From a virus, in IMG/VR virus record IMGVR_UViG_3300015195_000004, positions 1,050 to 65,049 of that record: a stretch of DNA of 64,000 nucleotides. One strand, written 5' to 3'. The translations under genes and the position numbers were made by a program. Under the pieces are notes generated by a model, which made no database searches, was not told the origin of the DNA, and saw only the letters and a list, made by a program, of their open reading frames with translations. The first letter of the stretch is position 1. Each line of letters begins with the position of its first letter. Positions 40,235-48,466 of the stretch are shown in pieces.

Positions 40235-40637
40235 TTACCCAGTTCCTAACTGATTTTCTTATGGCCCTTTGGCTTTTAGTAATTAGAACATGTTCCTTGT
40301 GACAAACTACTTGGAGATTCGATAAATGGTGTTTATGGGAGGGTCCATACCCCGAACCTACCAGAGGTACGCGGTGATTTACTTCTAGTTTACCCTCTTT
40401 ACCAATCCCACAAAGTTCACATTTATAGTTGGCCCTCTTTAGTGCCGCCTTACGGGCATGCCCCCAGTAGTGGTTATCTAAAAGAGAATGCTCGTACCTT
40501 AGTCTACATTTGTTTGAGCACCACCTGCGGCGGCGTTTTGGAAGCAAATTCCCACAAATTATCAATGCACAATAATCATCCTGGTCTTTTACATCCAGAA
40601 TGTCAAGTACTAGGGGGCAATCTTTAAATGATTCCAT
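40224..40637 (-). CDS. HNH endonuclease
   Basis: CELCG...LEVNHRVP...HHLSNLQVVCHKEH. Confidence 0.8.
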   Translation of the reverse strand: MESFKDCPLVLDILDVKDQDDYCALIICGNLLPKRRRRWCSNKCRLRYEHSLLDNHYWGHARKAALKRANYKCELCGIGKEGKLEVNHRVPLVGSGYGPSHKHHLSNLQVVCHKEHVLITKSQRAIRKSVRNWVNGF

Positions 40638-41528
40638 TAAAACTTGTAATCTACATCCACACCCTCAATGGAGTCTGGGAAATTATTACGGAACGACTCG
40701 TTTAGAAGCCAGATTGAGACACCGTGCTTAGAAACCTGGAAGCCTGTACAACCAGGCATATCACCAAAGTAACTCTGCCACTTATTACGTATCTTTTTTA
40801 CATCATGTTCATTAAGCATTAAATATGTCCATCTTGCTGTAGGCCTGTGCGGGTAGGTATAGATTTGCTATCCAAAAATGGTGCCACCATATCAAGAGGC
40901 TCCATATCTTTACCTTTGCAGGCATGGGCCAAATCATCTACAAAAGAATTGCAGGGAATGCAGAAAATATCTGATCTCATTTGTCTTATCCTATCATACT
41001 TAAAACTATTTGTCAACTAAATCCCGCCGCCCAGTTGGGGCCGGTTCGGTGCCTCGGCAGATACCCAATTACCTACACCAGAGATACAGAATTCATTTAG
41101 GTAATGAACCCTCATACCCTCATTATTAGGGCATTGATGAGATTCTATAGCAGAAAGTTCAGTGTTCGTGCCATTAACTACAACTACCCATTTAATAGCA
41201 TACTTAGAATTGCACCAGGGGCATAAATACACATGAGAAATCTGTCCGTGGTTATCCAGAGTCTTCTCGGGCTCTACATGCTGTAGTCTACCTATCCAGT
41301 AGCCCTTATCTACGCTCATAGTGTATATCCCATCTGTTCTAGTACTTTTATCTTCTTATTCCGCTTAAATCGCTTTTCTCTACATCTTTTACTACAAGTC
41401 TTCCTATAAGACCAGTAGGAGTCCATTAACATACTACACTCATCACAAAGGAGAGTATAGCGTTTAATCCTCTTCATATTAGAAGAAGGATAGATATTAG
41501 AGACACCATTCATACTTTCTTTACACAA
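40637..41528 (-). CDS. four small hypothetical proteins, several Cys-rich (40637-40819, 40819-41016, 41017-41319, 41316-41528)
   Basis: ORF track; tight overlaps. Confidence 0.6.
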
Positions 41529-41539
41529 TCTTTACAAAA

Positions 41540-42088
41540 CTATAGAATTTGATAATCATTAGTTAATTCGTTCCATCTAAGTAAGTGACACTTCTTCCCC
41601 ATCTTACCAGCTAGGAAGATTCCGAAGGCTGTTCCTCCAGTCGGAGTTAAGTATTCTGTAGGTCCATAGGGAGTAGCATTGTCTATTACCGAATCCCAGC
41701 CGGGCGCTGCATATACTTCACAACAGTCTGTTATCATCATTAAATTCCTGGCTTGTAATGACTTAGTGCCGAATTTTAGTTTATCCCAAGGTGCCTTTTT
41801 AGTTAATTCAGCATACTCATTCCAATAAGGCTCAGTAAGGGTCCTATATTCTTCGTTAACTACATCATAAGATGCCCCCACAGGTCTAGCCTGTCTTTCA
41901 TAGTTTACCCAGGGGAGATAAAGTACATATTGTCCTATAGTTAATTTACTTACCCAAGCTTGGTCTGCCCCGAGGGCATTGCCTGATAATATACAATTAT
42001 TAGAATCAGCTAGGCTCTTGCCCTTATTAGCCAGTATCTCTACTTGTTCTGGTGAGAGGCACCTTGTACCTATTAGTGCCAGATTCAC
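41540..42088 (-). CDS. SLOG/DprA-like Rossmann protein
   Basis: LIGTR, SGNALGADQAW, YLPW, ARN, GGTAFG motifs. Confidence 0.75.
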   Translation of the reverse strand: MNLALIGTRCLSPEQVEILANKGKSLADSNNCILSGNALGADQAWVSKLTIGQYVLYLPWVNYERQARPVGASYDVVNEEYRTLTEPYWNEYAELTKKAPWDKLKFGTKSLQARNLMMITDCCEVYAAPGWDSVIDNATPYGPTEYLTPTGGTAFGIFLAGKMGKKCHLLRWNELTNDYQIL

Positions 42089-43153
42089 AAGATACCGCAG
42101 TTTTCATGTGTACATAAACATTTATCTAGTCTTGAAAGATCATCAGACATAGAATCAGACTCTTCTTCCAATTCGTCAACACGGGACTCAAGATAGGAAA
42201 TGTATTCCTGTACTTCGTCTAAAGCTTCCGAATACCTATTATCTTTAATTGCAAAAGACTTCATCTTATTTATTGCACTCAAGTAATACAGTATCTTCAA
42301 GACTTTCTGACCACATTAAATCATCAATTTCTAAAAAGAACCCTGCGCCTATAACTGCAACTTGAGAATCTAAATCATAGTCTGCTAGTTCTTTAATCAA
42401 ATCCCTAACTGTCATTTTTCTTCTTTAACCAATCCTTCTACAATTTTATAAATTGACTGTTCAGCATCTTTTATGTTCTTTTGTTCTGTCTCAACTAACT
42501 CATTGTGCATCTTGTTAGTTAAATAGCTACAGATTGCCGAATTATGATCGGAAGACATCTCCATAGTATCCTTGAGGGCGTTTGTAAGGGCCTGAGAGGT
42601 TCTGTACGTACTCAGCAGGTCAAATCCCATTACTGATACTGCAGCCCTTGCTGTAGGGTCCTTAGTGCCCAAATAGACTAATGCTATTAGAGTTTCTACT
42701 AATGATTCGATGCCGTTTGTGTCATATACTTGCTGTCCTGTAGGTAATCTACTTACTATACAAGACATATATACTTTTATTTCATCTGCCTTAGATAATA
42801 CAGGTTCTGCCGGTGCTGCAGAATTAACTACAACCTTTGGGCCATTAATAAATACATCTAAGGCTTGTTTAAAACGACTAAGCATTCTTCCACTTTCTAT
42901 CCCGTTCTTTAATCATCTTGTTTAGTTCTCTATCTGACACTCCTGGCTGAACTACTATTTCCACATAGTAGGGCCGTTCCCAAAACAGAATCCTCGCTGT
43001 ACCTTCGATAAAGCGGGTTCTTCGTTTAAGAGGCTCCGCAAATTCACAACCTCTATTGGGGCAAATACCATTCAAAAGGAGTCTTACCCCACATACACAT
43101 CTTGGTTGGGCTAGGAAGGCTTCTCTTTGAGCCTCAGACCAGTTTCTGCACAT
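42085..43153 (-). CDS. four hypothetical proteins (42085-42300, ~42266-42415, 42412-42885, 42878-43153)
   Basis: ORF track plus manual translation. Confidence 0.55.
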
Positions 43154-43512
43154 TATTAGTGTGATTGCCTATAAATATGTAGTTGGTCATTTAGCACATG
43201 AACAGCATTAGTTAATGATTCAATGGCCTCTACAATTTTATTAGTACAAATTGTTATAGTCTGCGTCTCTTCTGTTTGGTTATGTGGGGCTTTGTTATAA
43301 TCTAACATTTAGGCAGTATGATCCTTGTATCCTTGTTCAATAGCCTGATTCTCAGCTACTTGTGCTGCATCTGCTTTACGAAGCACCCACGCTGCTTTTT
43401 GTGATGCTGCGAGCTTAAGGCGTGATTCTTGGCTCATCTTGTAGCCGATTTTCCGACCCTTTTTCTTAATTTCAACTGTAATACTCATCTTTATTCTTCC
43501 TTTATTTTTTAG

Positions 43513-43703
43513 TGGTGAGAGCCTTTGGCCCCTCGTAGGACTCTCTTGCTACCTGGGCCTCAAAGTCTCCCAGTTTACTATACGGTTCTTATGTAATACG
43601 AATGTGGCTCTTGAGGGATCACAGTTTATTTAGCCTAGTCTGTGTCCTATGGGTATAGTATCGTCATGCCGTCTCTCAGACCCTATCGACCTAACTTAGA
43701 CTA
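43513..43703 (-). ncRNA. candidate promoter-driven structured RNA or leader (~190 nt)
   Basis: Begins just after a perfect promoter; several stems and a possible pseudoknot; last stem ends CUCUC-ACCA. Confidence 0.4.
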
Positions 43704-43707
43704 TGTA

Positions 43708-43736
43708 ATTATATACTATTATTCTACAATTGTCAA
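43708..43736 (-). promoter_or_regulatory. perfect sigma70 promoter TTGACA-17-TATAAT
   Basis: Direct reading. Confidence 0.85.
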
Positions 43737-43739
43737 GCC

Positions 43740-43997
43740 TTAAAAAGGCCAATCTTTAGGTAATGTTGCTTTAAGCTGATTCTGCCATTTTCTATTCTGA
43801 AATAGTGCCGCTATGCACTCCTCAGAGCAGAAGTGAAATTCCGGGGTGCAGTCTAGGTTTTCTGAGCCATAGCCGAAACTGAGGCTAACTGTGTTAAAAT
43901 CAGTAACTATTTGGCACTGATCACAAATAAAGCCAGTTTGTATCCAAGTCTTTTGTAGTTCTGTTCTTATACTCATACAAATGTTCCAATCTCCCAT
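43740..43997 (-). CDS. Cys-rich hypothetical protein
   Basis: CDQC and FCSEEC motifs. Confidence 0.55.
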   Translation of the reverse strand: MGDWNICMSIRTELQKTWIQTGFICDQCQIVTDFNTVSLSFGYGSENLDCTPEFHFCSEECIAALFQNRKWQNQLKATLPKDWPF

Positions 43998-44347
43998 TTC
44001 TTTGCCTGATATTCGGGGCAGTTCGTTTGAAAAATAAATTCCAACTTAGTAGCCTTCGCAAAATAATACTCTGTCAAAGCCCCAGGGGACTTTTCCCAAC
44101 CGTCTAGTAAATAAATTGCCTGGCAAGTAGCTATAAGTTTTATATCATGTACTAGAATGTCTGTATAGTTAAAGTTTGCCGGATGGCCCTTACTCCAGTC
44201 ATGAAAAGGATAGAGCCTGCGGTCCTCTGAGGCTGGTGAAATTACTTCCCATCCTTGTTTGGTAAGAAGCTTCTCAGCAGAATCAAATGCTGGAAAGTTA
44301 AGGTCTTTGTAGCCGCTTATACCCCCGCATATATATAGACGTTTCAT
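43973..44347 (-). CDS. DUF4406-like protein (nucleoside deoxyribosyltransferase-like fold)
   Basis: RLYICGGISG..DLNFPAF, VISPA, LLDGWEKSPGALTEY. Confidence 0.8.
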   Translation of the reverse strand: MKRLYICGGISGYKDLNFPAFDSAEKLLTKQGWEVISPASEDRRLYPFHDWSKGHPANFNYTDILVHDIKLIATCQAIYLLDGWEKSPGALTEYYFAKATKLEFIFQTNCPEYQAKKWEIGTFV

Positions 44348-44638
44348 TCAGTAAACGTCGCCTGATTCGGAAATTTTCTTGTCCTCATAAGGATTAACCA
44401 TTCTACGCACCATCTCAAGTTTGCAAGCTTCTAATGCACCAATGGCACCATTCAAATCTGAATAACAAGGAGTAACCTTGCCGCCGCACTTAAGGAAAGC
44501 CTGAAGGATTACTGTGAATACGTAGTTAAGATGCCCTACCTCGAAGTTGCAGTCATATGATTCGTTCTCAATATGGTCGCATAATGGAGTAAGGAACTGG
44601 CGGAGATTTTCTCTCTCAGATTGCTTAATGTAGGGCAC
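44348..44638 (-). CDS. conserved phage protein (MPYIK...GDVY family)
   Basis: GHLNY, GALEACKLEMVRR..NPYEDKKI..SGDVY. Confidence 0.7.
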   Translation of the reverse strand: MPYIKQSERENLRQFLTPLCDHIENESYDCNFEVGHLNYVFTVILQAFLKCGGKVTPCYSDLNGAIGALEACKLEMVRRMVNPYEDKKISESGDVY

Positions 44639-44641
44639 TCT

Positions 44642-45481
44642 TTACTCCTTTACAACCTTAGCATATTTTTGAACTAAGTCTAGTGCAGTACGATAACCCA
44701 TTTCCATATCCCTAACACTAACCCAATCAATTCCATCTTGAATCCCAGGAAGTTTTGCTCCATATGGAATTGTAAATATAGCTTCAAGGGAATCAAGCAC
44801 CCCAAGAAGTTCACCAGCTAAAAACCTCACCTCTGATCCTTTCTCATTACGGTCCCAAGATGCTAAAGCCTCTTGACGACATACAGCGAGATCAATGGGT
44901 CCAAATTTGGCTTGTATTTTCATAATTTCTCCTTACTCCTTTTTTGGTAGTTTAATATAATATCATCCACAGTAAGATTACATACTATGGTTTCTGATAA
45001 TTCTTTACTAGCAGTGTGCCAAAACCCTTCTGAATCTTGGTATTCAGGAACTTCTTTAAATTTAAAACTGACAGTACCTTTTACACTACCCAGCGGATCA
45101 GAATAGTGTCTAGTAGCATAGATGTCACATTTCGGGCATTTAATATCATTCTGTATTTGTTCTAGAATTTCTAAGCATGTAGTGGGTTTCTTTTTAAGTT
45201 TAAGAAAATTAAACATTTTGGTATCCAAGTACAGTTGCGGTGCCATCACACAGTTCAATCCATGTAGAAACTGATGTCTCTTTGAAGTTATCTGAACTGC
45301 TTCCTACTGGAAAAGGGAAGGTAAGAAGTTTTGTTCCGTATAAAGGTTTACTAACAGTATATGTATCTGTATCAGGAAGTTCAATACCTAATCTTACTTG
45401 ATCCCTTAGGTATGTATTCAGTGCCTCAAGTCGATCCTCGGCTATTACGTATGCATCGTTCTCTACTAAATACATTCTCAT
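44642..45481 (-). CDS. three hypothetical proteins (44642-44923, 44920-45258, 45209-45481)
   Basis: ORF track. Confidence 0.55.
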
Positions 45482-45844
45482 CTATAACACTCTTTCTGAA
45501 GCAAATCCAAGCTCTGTGGTGTAAACAAACTTTCTGATTTTCCCTGTTGCCTTAATTAATTCGAGGCATTCTTTACAGGGTCTGCTCATTCCTAATGATC
45601 CATCATGCTTACTGCGATAAATATATAATACAGCATTTCTATCCTCTTTGTCAAGGTGCCGCATTACGGCCAATTCGCAGTGTATCCAGTTCTCCCTACT
45701 TTTGCTAGAAGGGTGCGTTTTAAATATATTGGACGAAACTGCCATCTTATTACCTACCATAAGAACAGCTACCATTTTTTTACGTTTCCAGCCATCTTTA
45801 TTAAAGTAATTACGTGCCATCTTCAGGCCAAAAGGTAGTTTCAT
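45482..45844 (-). CDS. zinc-dependent cytidine/deoxycytidylate deaminase-like protein
   Basis: KTHP, IHCE (HxE), SRPCKEC (PCxxC). Confidence 0.8.
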   Translation of the reverse strand: MKLPFGLKMARNYFNKDGWKRKKMVAVLMVGNKMAVSSNIFKTHPSSKSRENWIHCELAVMRHLDKEDRNAVLYIYRSKHDGSLGMSRPCKECLELIKATGKIRKFVYTTELGFASERVL

Positions 45845-45852
45845 ATAATCCT

Positions 45853-46254
45853 TTATCTAACGCAGTTACTACAAGTAGATGTCAGTTTAACGATGATGTC
45901 GTGAGCTATAGCGACTTGTGGGTAAAATACTGCCACCCAGTTCCATACATACAAAAGGTTCCCTAAAGCTATACAATATCCTATGACAGGGACGAAATAC
46001 AGCATAATCGCCGGAGTTGGGCCCCCATCAGAATAAAACATAGTATGTTTTAGTGGATTTAAGCATACATACAACGCTAATGAAGCAAGAATCAGGAAGA
46101 GAATGCCGACTATAATACCTTCCAGTCCCATAACTCGCTCTACACCTAATACTAGGTCTATGGTCTGGGGGCCATATTGATGGGCTGCTACGCTGACAGT
46201 CTTGGTAATTTCAGAGCCGATTTTCTCTAACTCTGAGAAATATTCATTATTCAT
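45853..46254 (-). CDS. membrane protein (about 2 TM helices), leaderless
   Basis: Hydrophobic segments; promoter TTGACT-17-TAGGAT at 46261-46289, 6 nt upstream of ATG. Confidence 0.65.
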   Translation of the reverse strand: MNNEYFSELEKIGSEITKTVSVAAHQYGPQTIDLVLGVERVMGLEGIIVGILFLILASLALYVCLNPLKHTMFYSDGGPTPAIMLYFVPVIGYCIALGNLLYVWNWVAVFYPQVAIAHDIIVKLTSTCSNCVR

Positions 46255-46292
46255 GTACTTATCCTATCATAGTATTTAAACTAAGTCAAGTG

Positions 46293-46646
46293 TTATTCTT
46301 GTGTCCAGAACATTTTCTGAATGCCTGCTTGCTTAAGGCGCATTTCGCAACGGGCACACGGTTTGTGGGTAGCATATAAAATACTACCATCAACACTAAT
46401 GCCGAATTTTGCGGCAGTCAACAGGGCATTTTCTGAATCATGAATAGTTCTTTGGCAGTGATTAGACTCCACAAGACATCCTACTTCATCACACTCAGGA
46501 GCACCTGACTGACTTCCGTTATAACCAGTAGCGAGAATCCTATTATCCCGTACTAAAACACATCCTACTCGTTTTCTAGGACATGTAGCTCTAGTAGAAA
46601 TTACTTGAGCCAAGTTAAGGAAATAAGTTTCCCATGAAGGTTTCAT
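46293..46646 (-). CDS. dCMP deaminase/ComEB-like protein with atypical HDSE motif
   Basis: RATCPRKRVGCVLV, TGYNGS, HCQRTIHDSENA, THKPCARC. Confidence 0.85.
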   Translation of the reverse strand: MKPSWETYFLNLAQVISTRATCPRKRVGCVLVRDNRILATGYNGSQSGAPECDEVGCLVESNHCQRTIHDSENALLTAAKFGISVDGSILYATHKPCARCEMRLKQAGIQKMFWTQE

Positions 46647-47518
46647 TTTCCTACGAACATCCCGCAGGACGCCTTAACATCGAATCCGACCTTACCTATT
46701 ATTTTAACATCTGACCCAGGCAGAGAATCTTTAAGGAACTGAGCATTTCGTTCAATAATACACACTTCAGGTTCTTTACCTTGCAGAGTTGAATAAGGAT
46801 TATATCTCACCACATTAAAATCAACTCGTAGATTAAAGGCCTTTATTGCTTCTACAATACTAGTCAAAGTTTCTATAGAATCATTCTCGCCCTCAATAAA
46901 TGCCCAGTGCAACTTAATAATCTTGTGGGACTCGTCTTGATAGTCCTTCAGTTTCTCTAGGGCTAGAAGGGGGTCTAATGCCTTAGGCAACCACCTCTTA
47001 CGGAATGTGGGGTCCATACTATAGAGGGAATAGTAAATGTCTGGTGTGTAGTCCTGGAAAATCTCTGAGAGGTTCTTATCCTTCATTTCAAGAGGCATAA
47101 TAGTTGAATACTTAAACTTAGGAATTACATTATAATCTCTAGCAATGTCTCCAAGGGCTCTGCATAGCCTACTTCCTCCCTGGTTATCAATTACACGAGG
47201 GTTACAGAATACTTCTCCGCGTGACATAAAATTAAAATGCATAGACTTAGCAGGTTCTTTAGTTACATAATGCTCGCACACTTGCCAAGCCTGTTCCTGG
47301 TAATCCTCAATATCAAGGAACTTATACTTCGTTTGTCCTGTTTGAGTAAGGTGACACATTCTGCAGGCTTTATCACAGCCAGTCATACTAGACAGATAGC
47401 AGATAAAGTACTCATCAGTACGTCTTACATACCTGGCCTCAATCTTACCAGGAAAGTCGCCTTCTGTTACAAAGTTAACTGAGGCGTCTTCTTGACTATG
47501 AAATATTGTATTTGACAT
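46643..47518 (-). CDS. RlmN/Cfr-like class A radical SAM enzyme
   Basis: SSMTGCDKACRMC (CxxxCxxC), FMSRGE (compare MGMGE), RYNPY, C-terminal ASCG. Confidence 0.85.
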   Translation of the reverse strand: MSNTIFHSQEDASVNFVTEGDFPGKIEARYVRRTDEYFICYLSSMTGCDKACRMCHLTQTGQTKYKFLDIEDYQEQAWQVCEHYVTKEPAKSMHFNFMSRGEVFCNPRVIDNQGGSRLCRALGDIARDYNVIPKFKYSTIMPLEMKDKNLSEIFQDYTPDIYYSLYSMDPTFRKRWLPKALDPLLALEKLKDYQDESHKIIKLHWAFIEGENDSIETLTSIVEAIKAFNLRVDFNVVRYNPYSTLQGKEPEVCIIERNAQFLKDSLPGSDVKIIGKVGFDVKASCGMFVGK

Positions 47519-47540
47519 TAACTACATCCTTGTTATACAT

Positions 47541-48240
47541 TTACTTCTCTAACTCCTCTAAAAACTTCTTGTATATAATAGCTCCGTATGTTCCTACTTC
47601 TGTTATTCCTGCACTTATTAATGTTCCGTTCATTTTTGCAGCTAATGCCGCATTTAGGGCAGCAGACATAAGTTCTGGTATCACTTTGTACTTACTAGGG
47701 AACCTAGCATAATCATTCCATAGATCAAAAGTAGGGTCAGGAACACTAACATCAATTCCCTTAGTGGCTTCTTGGTATGCAGATTCTATACTATTGCATA
47801 ATGCTTGATTATAGTTCTGGGCTTGAGATTTATCAAATCCTCCCCAATAGTTCTCATGAAGCTCAATAGGTATGTGGTTATCGTTCAGAAATTTATAATC
47901 TTCCATATTAGGATTAGCTTGTGACACAACGCACTCTTCACAGGTTTTAGGATCATGAGGATGCAGCATAGTTTCACTTTGATAATCATCAGAGGCCGAA
48001 CTATCGTAGTAGTCTGATTCCCAGTCAGCAATATCCTCATTCACAAACTCTAGTTCATGGTCCTTAAACACGTTCCCTTCTCCAGGAAATGGAGTTAGCA
48101 CTATCCAGCCTGTGGAATCGAATTCCTTAACAGTATATACCTGGTCTGTGGCATAAACATAATCCGATTGTGTTGGAGTTTTAATCCTAACCAAATCTCC
48201 AATTTCAAAAATACTTCTCATCTGGCTCCCTATCATATCT
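47541..48240 (-). CDS. hypothetical protein with SH3-like N-terminus and acidic linker
   Basis: FEIGDLVRIK motif; start uncertain (about 48236). Confidence 0.55.
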
Positions 48241-48466
48241 TTTCTCCTCTGTGATTCCACAATCCTAGTAAACACATAATTAAGTACACTGAATAGCTGC
48301 AAAATAAGCCCCAAGCGTGATAGTGCCATGCAACCGGCATTAAGGCTACATCAGATAAAGTGCCTAACAAAAACCCCTGGTTAGGCCTCTTATAGGCCAG
48401 CATCATTGATCCTAAGGGACCAGCAACAGAACCTAGTATCTCCAGTACCCAATAAGGATTAAGCAA
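48233..48466 (-). CDS. small PnuC-like membrane protein
   Basis: Three short hydrophobic helices; W..GLF..YSVY.....GLWN pattern. Confidence 0.5.
   Translation of the reverse strand: MLNPYWVLEILGSVAGPLGSMMLAYKRPNQGFLLGTLSDVALMPVAWHYHAWGLFCSYSVYLIMCLLGLWNHRGEKI

Noticed and set aside
43513-43560. Resemblance of CCAGGUAGCAA...GGGGCCAAAGGC to the raiA-motif 3' region
   Set aside because: Based on memory only, and the closing 5'/3' helix is absent; needs cmsearch
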